A stretch of DNA of 64,000 nt from Octopus vulgaris. Its lineage: Eukaryota. The stretch covers positions 158,286,001 through 158,350,000 of the forward strand of contig OX597816.1 in NCBI GenBank assembly GCA_951406725.2, given 5' to 3'. The notes below the pieces were generated by a model. It saw only the letters and a list, made by a program, of their open reading frames with translations, was not told where the DNA came from and did no database searches. Made by a program: the position numbers and the translations under genes. Of this stretch, positions 24,401-36,600 are shown piece after piece (position 1 is the first letter of the stretch; every line of letters starts with the position of its first letter).

Positions 24401-27099
24401 GATTAAGTGTTCCAAACATGACTATCCAGTCTTTCTTTTCAGGTATTGTACATTTTGTGCTACACTACTTAATGTACTTTTAGATAACTGTTTTTCAAGA
24501 GACTAGGGTGTCATCGTTTAATCTCCGCCTTCCATGCTGGCTTGAGTTGGACAATTTGACAGGAGCTGGCTAGACAGAAGACTACACCAAACTTCTGTGT
24601 CTGTTTTGGCAGGGTTGTTATAGTTGGATGCCTTTTCTAACACCATCCACATACAGAGTGGGCTAGTGTTTATGTGGCACAAGCACAGGCGAGGTCAGTT
24701 TTGGCATGATTTTTATAGCTGGCAAATGCCAGCCACTTTACAGTGTCAACTGTAATTTAAGGAAACTTTGGTTGCTATTTCTTGCAGGTCTAGTTATTAC
24801 ATAATGGATCCCTAGACATTGCAGTTGTTCCATCTTGCTGTAGAAAAATCTGCCTCAAAGACCTAAAGACATCATGGATGATGATATCTATAGGTGTTCG
24901 GGTCTCTTTGTCTTGACATCATGTGATGGTTGTCATATATGGGGTGTCCATTATTTCCAATCTTTTGTGAAAACATTTCCAGCCTTGGGGAAGTATTATG
25001 CTGCATAGTTTTGTGTTTATGATTCCACTAATTGGCAGAAATATCTCTTATTTTCCACTGTAAATGAAACCCTGTGGGTGCCTGCTTTTATATGTTCCAG
25101 GGATAGGGTATAGTCAGATGAATTTGTACTTGCTACGGTATTCTTAGAGATTAAGAAAAAAATGATTTAAAATTTTGCTTAAATATAGGCACAGAGGTAG
25201 CTGTGTGGAATCTTGGGCAAGTGTCTTCTATGGCCATAGGCTGACCAAAACCCTGCGAGGGGATTTGGTAGACAAAAACTGAAAAAAGCCCGTTGTGTGT
25301 ATGTATGTATGTATATTTATATATGTGTGTGTGTCTTTGTCCTCCACTGCTTGACAACCAATGTTGGTGTATTTATGTCCCTGTAATGAAGTGGTTCAGC
25401 AAAAGAGATCAATGTAATAAGTATCAGCTTTAAAGTATTGGGGTTGATAAACAGGGTTCATCCTTTTTCTAGACACTCACTGCTTGTCAACATTGTGGTG
25501 CTGTCACTGGTCACAGCAACAAGTTGTCTATTCTAATAACTTGTTAAGTTGTTATTTATATATTAGTAGATGGCTCCCATGCCGGTGGCATGTAAAAAGC
25601 ACTATCTGAATGTGATTGATGCCAGGCCTACCTGACTGGCTCCTGTGCCGGTGGCATGTTAAAAGCATCCACTACACTCTTGGAGTGGTTGGCATTAGGA
25701 AGGGCATCCAGCTGCAAAAACATTGCCAGATCAGATTGGAGCCTGGTGCAGCTGCTGGCTTTCTAGACCTCAGTCAAACTGTCCAACTCATGCCAACATG
25801 GAAAAGGGACGTTAAACGATGATGAGGTTAGGGGTTGATTCATTTGACTAAAATTCTTCAAGGTGGGGCTCCAGCATGGCCACATTCTAATGACGGAAAC
25901 AAATAAAAAAATAAAATGTAAATGCAGTTTTCAATAAATGCCCTTCTTTTTCCTTCAGGAAACATTGCTCAGAATCGTGAATTAATGATCTTTCTGGAAC
26001 CAACAAATCAAAATCTAAAAACTGTTGTTGAGAAATACAATACAAAATCACAAGAAAGCAGGTAATTAGACTTTGTTATATAAACATATTTGTTTTGTTG
26101 GATTTTTACCCTTTGAACGACAGATCAAGACATTAATTTTTTGTAACTAAACACTTTCGAACTTTGGACACTGGTAGAATGTGTCATATAAAACATCTTT
26201 TACTCTTAGTGTTATTGAGAAAAGTTTGTATTTTCAAAGTTATTTCATGTTAAAGTTGTCGTATTTCGGTAATTTCAACCGATCAATGACATGTATTCAG
26301 CTGAATAAAATTACTGCCGTTATTTGTCAACAACTTCCAGCGGTGTATATTTTGTTTGTCACTGTTATTTATGACATATTTCATCTCAGTTACGTTTGTA
26401 TGAATAAATGAGTGTATCTGAAGCATGTTTACTTCATGGCACCACCATAATCGTTCGTCCATTTCTACTGCTTTTAGTTTGTTTTTTTTTTCCTGTTTTA
26501 CAGCTACCATTTTTGGAATGACTCTTTTGCCCCCCTCCCCCTCCAATTTCATCATTTTTCACTTTTTTTCATAACTTTAACCCTAAAACCCTAAAGCTAA
26601 AACCAGTACAAACGATGTCATAAATATCAATGACAAACGAAATATACACCGCCGATAGTTGTTATTGACAAACAACGACAGTAATTTTATTCAGCTGAAT
26701 AAACGTCATTGATTGGTTGAAATTACTGAAATAAGACAAGTTTAACACAAAATAACTTCGTAAATATAAACTTTTCTCAACAACACTAAAACAGTAAAAG
26801 ATGTTTTAAATGACACATTCTACCAGTGTCCGAAGTTTGAAAGTGTTTTGTTACAAAAAATTAATTTCTCGATCTACAGTTCAAAGGGAAAAGATCCGTT
26901 TTGTTACCTATATCTGCTTAATAAAAAACTAAAACGATTGATTCAAAATTTCAGGTTTCTGGAAGATTTAGCCAAACTAAAGAAAGAGAACAGGGCTTTC
27001 CAATATATTCTCCAAAGCTTAATTGCAGGAAGCAGTACTGATTGGGCAGCTGATCCAGAATCACTTTCTATTATGTTAAGGGCTGGTAAAGAGCTTTGA
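15610..27099 (+). CDS. CENPH: Centromere protein H-like (whole-gene span)
   Basis: Coiled-coil-like protein ending FQYILQSLIAGSSTDWAADPESLSIMLRAGKEL*, which matches the CENP-H C-terminal Q.LI.GS.V.WA.DP motif. Exons: 15610-15748, 18969-19040, 20149-20217, 20355-20421, 23919-23970, 25959-26061, 26955-27099. One phase 1-to-2 exon between the first two was not located. Confidence 0.85.
18413..18499. repeat. (ATT)n microsatellite (tail of a SINE copy)
   Basis: Direct observation. Confidence 0.95.
18969..19040 (+). CDS. CENPH: CENP-H exon
   Basis: tttag/gtgagc; ISELMKEVTLQTCRESRRKLMIER. Confidence 0.8.
20149..20217 (+). CDS. CENPH: CENP-H exon
   Basis: ttcag/gtaagc; VQIGQVLIENLFEKDESTDVKV. Confidence 0.8.
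20355..20421 (+). CDS. CENPH: CENP-H exon
   Basis: tgtag/gtaatt; KELESVLEKQRKLSVDILKKHK. Confidence 0.85.
20795..21948 (+). mobile_element. 5'-truncated CR1-clade LINE (RT pseudogene) inserted into a SINE
   Basis: LDFAKAFDSVNH, SGVPQGSVLGPLLFLVFINDL, LLFADDVKL, LYVTLVRPILEY, SLEKRRRRGDLI, WNKLP; one stop and one frameshift; (ctaa)n tail. Confidence 0.95.
23602..23805. repeat. Degenerate ~35-40-bp minisatellite
   Basis: About 5 units of cagccaagctctgtttttcatgctgttttctgtttt. Confidence 0.75.
23919..23970 (+). CDS. CENPH: CENP-H exon
   Basis: tacag/gtaagt; ALTNIQSKVDQMKVENL. Confidence 0.85.
25959..26061 (+). CDS. CENPH: CENP-H exon
   Basis: ttcag/gtaatt; NIAQNRELMIFLEPTNQNLKTVVEKYNTKSQES. 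Confidence 0.85.
26100..26897. mobile_element. Foldback-type non-autonomous DNA transposon (~285-bp TIRs, 8-bp TSD; same family as 10886)
   Basis: ggatttttaccctttgaac...gttcaaagggaaaagatcc; TSD gttttgtt at 26092-26099 and 26898-26905. Confidence 0.9.
26955..27099 (+). CDS. CENPH: CENP-H last exon
   Basis: ttcag acceptor; FLEDLAKLKKENRAFQYILQSLIAGSSTDWAADPESLSIMLRAGKEL*. Confidence 0.9.
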
Positions 27100-27217
27100 C
27101 TAGAGAAAAAGACAGTAAAGCAGGAAGCAGTACTGATTGGGCAGCTGATCCAGAATTACTTTCTATTATGTTAAGGGCTGGTAAAGAGCTTTGACTAGAG
27201 AAAAAGACAGTAAAGCA
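27025..27217 (+). repeat. 95-bp tandem duplication of the CENP-H C-terminus and stop codon
   Basis: 27025-27119 equals 27120-27214 except for one C/T; GCA microhomology at the junctions. Confidence 0.95.
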
Positions 27218-27653
27218 AATTATTAATTAATGAAAAAAATTTGAAATTTTTAACGAAAAGATTTTATTTGGTTACATTTTGAGCCCATTATGGGCTAAAC
27301 TGTACACCAGGATTGTTGGATAATCTACTGGTATGGTCCAATATTCTACAATACCGTTGATATCCTAAGGGGATTGAGATCTTTGGTTTGTGGTAGCAGT
27401 GATGAGGATATTCCTGGAGGGATGACTGAAAACTCATTCAACTAAAAATTCATAACTCATTCAAAGTTGTTTTTAAAATAAAAATGTAATTAAAATTCAA
27501 ATTTAAATATATATTTTTGCTATAATATAAAAAAAAAAAAAGGATTTTGTCTTTAAATAAATGTTCACAGTGTGAGATGACAAGAGTTGAGTTTTGATCT
27601 CCAGTGAGCGCGAAATTTGATATCTGTGCCTAAACCATTGATTGCAGAATATA

Positions 27654-27680
27654 TCACAGTTCGGGATGAGTTATCATAGC
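27654..27680 (-). CDS. DIS3L2: DIS3L2 probable last exon
   Basis: Strong acceptor tattttatttcag; AMITHPEL* in phase 0, resembling vertebrate A-I-L-K-R-P as recalled. Confidence 0.6.
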   Translation of the reverse strand, partial: AMITHPEL

Positions 27681-30600
27681 CTGAAATAAAATATTTTAAA
27701 AATTTCAATTCACAGGATTACACCAAGATTTAAACAGTAAATTACATTTGGTCTTCAAGACAGCCTAATCATCTTGAGAGAGTTATTATGTACTGTTACT
27801 ATTTCACTTCTTTATTTTATTAGTCAATTTGTTAACCAATTGACTAATCGTTTGATTAGTCATTTGGTTGATCAATTTATCAGTTAGGTTTGTGAAAAGT
27901 CCTTTCTGTTTGACAGATAGACCTGAAAAAGAACTGGAATAGAGGGCTTGTCATTGAAGAGGTCATGAATGGCAATGAAAGGACGCTGACAAACATAAAT
28001 GACTGATCAATTAACCAAATGATTGATCAATTAGTTAATTGGATAAGTAGTTAACCAACTGACAAATGTGAAATGAGAAAGTAAATAGAACCAGTGTGTG
28101 TTTTATGCTGGCATTATGACCTTTGCAAGATGCATAAAATGTTTCAAACACATGAGTTCACACCAAGAATCTTGCAAACCAAATACAAAAATGGAGTGTG
28201 TGTGTATATATATATATACATACACTAGTTGCCATGATAGATCGTTAGCCACTACACACATTTTTTTCTCTCCTTGTTTTTTCTGTGTCCCTTTCTGTAG
28301 AAGAGCGTAGGCTCGAAACATAAAAGACTTTTTCTATTCCTGAGCATTATACTAATACATCTGTTTGTTTTGTACACCATCTGTCTTCGTCTTTTTTGTT
28401 AACTCTTCCTATATATATATAAAGATTCATTAAATTCATATGATCAGTCACATTTCTGAAGATTCAGTATTATAATGAAACTTGTGTACCATTATTGGTA
28501 ATGGGTTTATATGAATATTTCAGGAGTTCTTGCTCCTTCTTGAGTACCACGTCCAATCCATTAACCATCCATGTACACATTCCTTAAACAGCCACTAAGT
28601 TTAGCAGTGTAACACTATTAGACAATTTGCATATCAGACACATTCCTGGCAAATGGTATGTACATATTAATTGCTGGTAGGGACATCATATTCCATTTTG
28701 AAACCATAATATACTACCAAGTATATCAAAGTATATATAAGTCAGTACTGTGGAGGCGCAATGGCCCAGTGGTTAGGGCAGCGGACTCGTGGACATAGGA
28801 TCGCAGTTTCGATTCCCAGACCAAGCGTTGTGAGTGTTTATTGAGCAAAAACACCTAAGCTCCACGCGGCTCCAGCAGTGGGTAGTGGCAATTCCTGCTG
28901 TACTCTTTCGCCACAACTTTCTCTCACACTTCTGTTGGCCCGCTCACTTAGCCAGCGTGGTGGCGTTGTCTGAAGGCTAAAACAATGTGAAGCGCATTGT
29001 GACTAGCGATGCGTAGCAACATCTGATAGCCTGATCGGTCATGATATGTCAGTACCATGCTCTACATTTTGGGTTAGCCTTGAAATTCAGTACTTTTAAG
29101 TTACATCAACAGATTTTCTATAGAATTTAGAGCCAGCATTTGAAGTCATGTTTTGTATATGAACCATCACCATCATTGTTTAACATCTGTTTTCCATGCT
29201 GGTATGGATTGGACGGTTTGACTGAGGACTGGGAGGCTCCAATCTGATCAGGCAGTGTTTCTACAGCTGGATGCCCTTCCTAACACCAACTCCGAGAGTG
29301 TAGCAGGTGCCTTCTTTACATGCCACTGGCATGAGTGCCAGTCAAGCGGCACTGGCATCAGTCGCACTCAAATGGTGCCTTTTATGTGCCACTGGTACAG
29401 GAGCCAGTCAGGTTGCACTGGCATTGACCATGTTTGAATGGTGCTTTTTATGTGTCACTGGCACGGGAGCCAGTCGGGCGGCACTGGCATGAACCATGCT
29501 TGAATAGTGCTTTTTGGGTGCCAGTCAGGTGGTGGCATTGGCCACAACTACGATTTCACTTGGCTCAACAGGTCTTCTCAAGCACAGCATATTGCCTGAC
29601 GGTTGAAATGCCTATGTAATCAATGGTTAAGATGGAAAAGTAGGTGGCTATGAATTCTACATTTGCTACATTGGATTTCCTTCAGCTTCATGAAAAAAAA
29701 AAAATCCAAACTTTTACCATTTTAATAAAACAGCAGCTTGTTTATAGACTAAGATTACTTACCAACCATTTGAGGGGTTCTGAATCTCCCTGTAATATAC
29801 ATTTAACCAAAGTAAAAATCCCAATTTCCTGATTAACACTTTCTTTTATGTGTTCATTCTCTTTCCACTGAAGTCGCAGCATTGGGAGTCTTTTCCTTTT
29901 GAATGCAGTGTGACTATGAAGATCCAGTTTCTGCAATACAAATCAAAATATTTTTAGATATCCAAAAAGGATTGTTGTGGTGGGAGTAAAAATGTGGAGG
30001 ACCTCAATCTAATTGTTAAGCATAACGTATTGCTATTATTGGTTTAAAATTTTTGGGACAAAGTCAGGGCAGTGGGTAAGTTGATTACACTGACCCCCGT
30101 ACATAACTGGTACTTATTTTAGTGACCCTCGAAAGGATGAAAGGCAAAGTCGATCTTTGTAGGATTTGATCTCAGAGCGTGAAGATGAATGAAATGCCAC
30201 TAAGCATTTTGCCCTACTTATTGCCATTATTAATTAGCATTAATTAAACAGGTTTTGAATTGATTTTGGACAGTAACATAAGTTGAACTAAAACGTTTTA
30301 AACTGATTCATCTGCTTATATTATATTAATTTCTTATTATCAATGCCATATTTTCCCCTTTTATTTTGCTAAAAGGGGCTCTATCCTTGCACTACTACCA
30401 ATGAGGTTGTTTAACCCCAGGTCACACCTGATTGATAAAAATTATTTCAATCATAACCATCCTAGCATTCTGTGGACCTACATCAGCTGATGTCCTTCCT
30501 TTAAGATGACAGGCTGGGTGATTAGGGAAAAGTTTTTTTCTTTTCATTTACCATGTTTCTGTTGAAATACATTGATTTGTTTAGAATTAATTTTGAAAAT

Positions 30601-33600
30601 AAAGAATTCAGTTTAAAAAATATCTTTTTCGTTATTATATTGGTGCTTGGAACATAATTTAACATGAAACTTTCGGTGGACGGGTTTAATTTAGATTACT
30701 TTTAAACTATAACTTACATTGCAGTAGACTCTTTTAACAACTCCAAGCCTGAGAATGTATACATCAAATGAATGGTCAAGGATAGCCATTACCATTCCTT
30801 TCTCATATAAAGGACCACTTGCCTGAAACATAGAACATTAATCAAATTAACAAGAAAGCAGTTGCAAGTAAGTTAAACAAAATGAGATTCTTTTCAAAAG
30901 AGAAATATGACTGCCATGTATATTTCCATCTACTGTCATGTTAAATGCAGTTGAGATCAGTCTAACCCTTTCGTTACCAACCTGGCTGAAACTGGCTTTC
31001 TCTAGTAAATATGTTTTGTTTTCAAAAGTTTTGAATTAAAATCTTCCATTAAACCTTAATCACAATTTATGTTCCTAACATCAGCTTAATTATAACTAAG
31101 TTATTTTACTAAATTCTTTGTTATATTTAAAATTAATTGAAAGAAACACAAAACATCTCAAAATAAATATGGTAACAAAAGGGTTAAAATATATAATAGA
31201 GAAACAATTCTTAACCCTTTTGATACCAAGCCAGCTGAAACTGCCTTTGGCTCTGTAGTACAAATGCCTTGTTTTCAAAAGTTTTGAATTAAAATCTTCC
31301 ACTAAACCTTAATCACAATTTATGTTCCTAACATCAGCTTAATTATAACTAAGTTATTTTACTAAATTCTTTGTTGTATTTAAAATTAATTGAAAGAAAC
31401 AGAGCATCTCAAAATGAATACAGTAACAAAAGGGTTAATGCAATAGTTTAACCTACCGTTGTTGTCAGCCTTATTATACCAATCAATATTCACTAACATC
31501 ATAGTCTATTTAGTATTTGTTTGGATTGTTCTTGGGAAAATGTCAACCAGATGGTAACTAAGGAATCTCCTTTATCACATTTCCTAGCACACTACACATA
31601 AAGCTAGTATTATAGTTTTATCCATTTATTAACATCTCAACAAAGTGGTTTCATAATATCAACAAAGATATTTTTTCGCTGTTATTTCTTTTTAATATCT
31701 GCATTGTCCAGTAACCTGCTGCTTTACTGATAGATTCTTCTTGTTCTTTGGTTAGGGGTGGAGTGTTTGAGATTGCTTAGAGAAAACAGATTTGATATTA
31801 ACACAAAATAATCACTTGTAATGTTAGCATGAGACCACAATTTTGAGGCTGGAGTGGACAGAGGTAAGCTCAGCTGATTCAGTTGACCCCAAGTATTTGA
31901 CTGCTATTTTTATTTTATCTCCCCAAAAGGAAGAAAAGGAAAGTTGATCTTGGTAGGATTTGAACTCAGAATGTAAAAAACCAAAAGAAATAGTACAAGA
32001 CATTTTGTCTGATTCTAATGATTCTGCAATAATAATAATCAGAATCTCGATCAAAATAGAAATTGCAGTTGTGGCCGATGCCAGTGCTGCCTGACTGGTT
32101 CCCATGTTGGTGGCATGCAATAAGCACCATTTATGTGTGGGTCAATGCCAGTGCTACTTGACTGGCTCCCTGTGCCAGTGGAATGTAAAAAGCACCATCC
32201 AAATGTGGCTGATGCCAGTGCCACCTGACTGGCTCCCGTCTTGTTCGTACATAAAAAGTACCCACTACACTCTTGGAGTGGTTGGCATTGGGAAGGGCAT
32301 CCAGCTGTAGAAACCTTGCCTGATCAAATCGGAACCTGGTGCAGCCTCCTGGCTTGCCAGTCCCCAGTCAAACCGTCCAACCCATGCCAGCATGGAAAAC
32401 GGACATTAAACGATGGTGATGATGATTGTATAGCACAGGTGAGCTCTGATCAAACCAAATCATGGTATTTAACCCTTTCAATACCAACCCGGCTGAAACC
32501 GCCTTAGCCCTGTAGTACAAATGTCTTGTTTTCATAAGTTTTGAATTAAAGTCTCCCACCAAACCTGTAGCTTAATGAGAACTAAGTTATTTTACTAAAT
32601 TCTTTGTTATATTTAAAATTAATTGAACAAAACACAGAATGTCTCAAAATAAATATGGTAACGAATGGGTTAAGTAGCTAACCAAACATCTAGACATGAC
32701 CCCCCCACTTCCCAGTTATACAATATTCTCCAGTTTTTTCCTAATCATATAATACTTTCTCCACCTAACTGTGAACCATATTGCACACTCTGATGCTCAG
32801 TGTTGAATTGTTTGGGGTACAGTGCAATAGTTTGGACAAGTTGCAATCCCTTCGTCCAGTCAATATATTTGCTCATTCTGGTGGTGGTCACAGCAGAGGG
32901 GAGCAGCAAAGTGGACTGAGCTGGAGTGTGACAGTAGCTGTTTCCCTGCACTTGCTGGTGGTAGTTATCTCAGCACAGTGTTTAACCATTTAGCATCCAG
33001 ATTACTCTATCATCATCATCATCATCATCGTTTAACGTCCGCTTTCCATGCTAGCATGGGTTGGACGAATGACTGAGGGCTGGCGAACCAGATGGCTGCA
33101 CCAGGCTTCAATCTTAATCTGGCAGAGTTTCTACAGTTGGATGCCCTTCCTAACGCCAACCACTCCGAGAGTGTAGTGGGTGCTTTTATGTGCCAATCAG
33201 GCGGTACTGGCAACGACCTCGCTCGAATCTTTTACACATGCCAGCGGCACAGGTGCCAGTAAGGCGATGCTGGTAATGATCACGCTCGAATGGTGACTTT
33301 TCGTGGGCCAGATAGCTGCTCCGGCAACGATCACGCTCGGATGGTGCTCTTTAAGGCGACGCTGGTAACTCTATCAACTGTAATATTGTTTTGAATTGAT
33401 CCTGTTGTAACTTCAAAATTTCAATGATATCATTGTTTTTACAATGACATCGCAGGGTAGGCGTGAGAGGCTGGATCTGGCTAATTTGAACATAAAACAG
33501 GCAGAATATTATGGCCAGTTTAAATGCTGAAGAGTTAAGGCCTTATTTGAATGTTTTCTTGATGGTAGATGTTGAAACCAAATTTACTGAAATGAAAAAT

Positions 33601-36600
33601 TATAAATAACTCCTTAGCTTCTCATATACAGAAGTTTCTCATGAAATGATTATAAAGAAATAAAAATATGTGGCAACTAAATGGCTAATCTGATGAATAT
33701 TTGAAGAACTTACCTGAATAAAGGCAGCAAGGAAAATTTCACAGCTTAGCTCCTGTGCACGTTTTGAAGCAGTTTTCTTATCGTTACAGTGCTGTGCTTG
33801 TTTTTCCATCTCTCTCTCAGTTTGTTGAATAGGTGGTGTGTATCCTATACAATAAATAATATGTGTAAATAACTCACAACATTATATTATAGGGTAATAT
33901 TAGAGCTGGAATAGGCTTAGATGTGGACATTGACAGAGTTAAAAGAAGCATACATGTGTATGCACACATTTAGAAATAAAGAGCCTGGTTTTACCAATAT
34001 TACCCTTTTGTCCTATATACACATACATCTTACATCTACAATCATTACACCACTCACATGCTTCTAAGTAATCACTAGATTTGCTAGAAATAGCAGCTCA
34101 ATCTCCCTTAAATTGCATCTCACTATTTTAAAGCAAGAACACATTAGATAATGCAGTCCTAGATGTCTTGAAAAAAAAACAAAACAAAAAAGAAAAATAG
34201 GTGGAATGGTCATGGTTGGAATGCCTTTAATCATAGGTCTGTTTAACCCTTTCGTTACTGTATTTATTTTGAGATGCTCTGTGTTTCTTCCAATTACTTT
34301 AAATATAACAAAGAATTTAGTAAAATAACTTACTTATCATTCAGCTAGTGTTAGGAACATAAATTGTGACTAAGGTTTGGTGGAAGATTTTAATTCAAAA
34401 CTTATGAAAACAAGACATTTGTACTACAGAACCAAAGCCGGTTTCAGCCAGGTTTGTAACGAAAGGGTTAATTAAGGTTGACCTGGATTAAATAACCATG
34501 GCACGAACACAAAACAATCCAACCAAATTTCCCTCAAAATCCACCCTATCATCAACTTAAAAACAAAGATAATGTTCAAATCACATTAGGCTTAGATAAA
34601 CGGTCTGAAAAAAAAAATGACAGGATGGTCACATCTGGAAAAAATTTGACCATTGACTGGCTGAATCAAGGTTTGCATAGAAGTAAACAGCAACATACAT
34701 TTACAGATATTCTCAGTTTGTAGAGTAGGGAAAAAATGCAATCTTACCAAGGGCAGCAGCTAACAATCTGTGCACAATGACATCAGCGTATCGTCGAATG
34801 GGTGATGTGAAGTGAGTATAGAGAGGTACGTTGAGAGCATAATGTCGATATTCATTCTTGTCAGATATTGTTCCAGAACAGAAGTATTGAGCCAGCTTCA
34901 AAAGTGAGAGTGAAGAGATACATGGCCATTATTATTAACAACAACAAAAACAGTAATTCTAATTTTAGGGATGGGGACAAGTCAATTACATTGATCTCGG
35001 TACTTAATTGGTACTTTATCTTAGTGATCCTGAAAGGATAAAAGGCAAAGTCAACCTTGGTGGAATTTGAAATCAGAATGTAAAGAACCAGAGGAAATGC
35101 TGCTAAGCATTGTGTCCTAAAGTGCTACTGATTTTGGCAGCTCACTCTAGCTACTTTGTATAATAATAATAATAATCTTTTCTACTGGAAGCACAAGGCC
35201 TCAAATTTGGGGGAAGGAATTAAGTCGATTACATCAACCCCAGTGTGTAACTGGTACTTCTTTAATCGACCCCGAAAGGATGAGAGGCAAAGTCGACCTT
35301 GGTGGAATTTGATCTCAGAACGTTGCAGCAAATGAAATACCACAAAGCATTTTGCCCAGCATGCTAATGATTCCGCCAGCTTGCCACCATCATAATAATA
35401 ATGGTTACAAATTTTGCCACAAGGGCAGCAGTTTTGGGGAAGGGAATGAGTCCTTTACACCGACACCAGTGTTCAACTGATACTTACTTTGTCGACCCTG
35501 AAAGGACGAAAGGTAAAGTTGATCCTGGTGGAATTTGAATTCAGAATGTAACGGCAGACAAAATGCTGCTAAGCATTTCGTCCAGCATGCTAACGATTCT
35601 GCCACCTCGCTGCCGTAATAATAATAATAATCTTTTCTACTAAAGGCACAAGGCCTGAAATGTTGGGGGGAGGGAACTAGTTGATTATATTGACCCTAGT
35701 GTTTCACTGGTACTTATTTCATCAACCTTGGCAGAATTTGAACTCAGAACCTGGCAACTGATGAAATAAGTATCTCACCCAGCATGCTATCATAATAAGG
35801 GGTGTTAGCTTAGTTCACTGGTAGTGAACAGCTGGCACTATAGTACATCTCCAGCGTTAGAAGCTGTGCAGAGACAATCATCATCATCATTTAGCGTCCG
35901 TTTTCCATGCTAGCATGGGTTGGACGGTTTAACTGGGGTCTGTGAAGCCGGAAGGCTTCATCAGGCCCAATCAGATTTGGCAGTGTTTCTACGGCTGGAT
36001 GCCCTTCCTAACGCCAACCACTCAATAATGCATTGGGAGTGATAAAGGGAGCTGAGAAACACACCAAGCAATTCCCTGGTAATTCCAATCTCCATAAACT
36101 ACAACAGATAACCTTGATGGTCCATATACAACGAAAAGACTCTCCATCTAAAATGGAATAAATGTGGTGATAATTTTAGCAGGCATAGCAAAACAAAAGT
36201 GCCCTTGCTACTCTTGGCCTCTGGAGGATGCCCGGTACTAAGGCAGCTAAAATAAAGTTATAATGAAAGGAAACCATAAATGATAATAATAATAATATCA
36301 ATTATTTTTAATAAACACATAGGGTCTGAGATTTTGTGTAGAGGAATTCACATCAAAAGGGTCAATGGCAAATGTCTGTAGTAAATCTTACTTTCATTGG
36401 TTTTGAACACTTGGCTATGAGGACTTGGAGTCTTGCTAAAGAGTATTCATCATCATCACCTGAGTGTTGCAGTAGAGATCTCTGAAAAGAAATTTTTTAA
36501 ATATGACAAATCTACTTTTGAAAAACTGAAATCAATTTTATAATATGATAATGAAATTACTGTGTATAGTGCTCAGGTGCACTACAACTCATCAAACATG

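Noticed and set aside
26575-26605. Interstitial telomere
   Set aside because: Only a few degenerate CCCTAA units, and they lie inside a transposon.
28751-28825. tRNA-like sequence (also about 42135-42205 and 51240-51300)
   Set aside because: A and B boxes continue into SINE bodies, two with TSDs, and there is no complete cloverleaf acceptor stem.
29620-29686. Alternative DIS3L2 last exon [21 protein letters not shown]
   Set aside because: Weaker acceptor and no resemblance to DIS3L2 C-termini; 27654-27680 fits better, though this is unproven.
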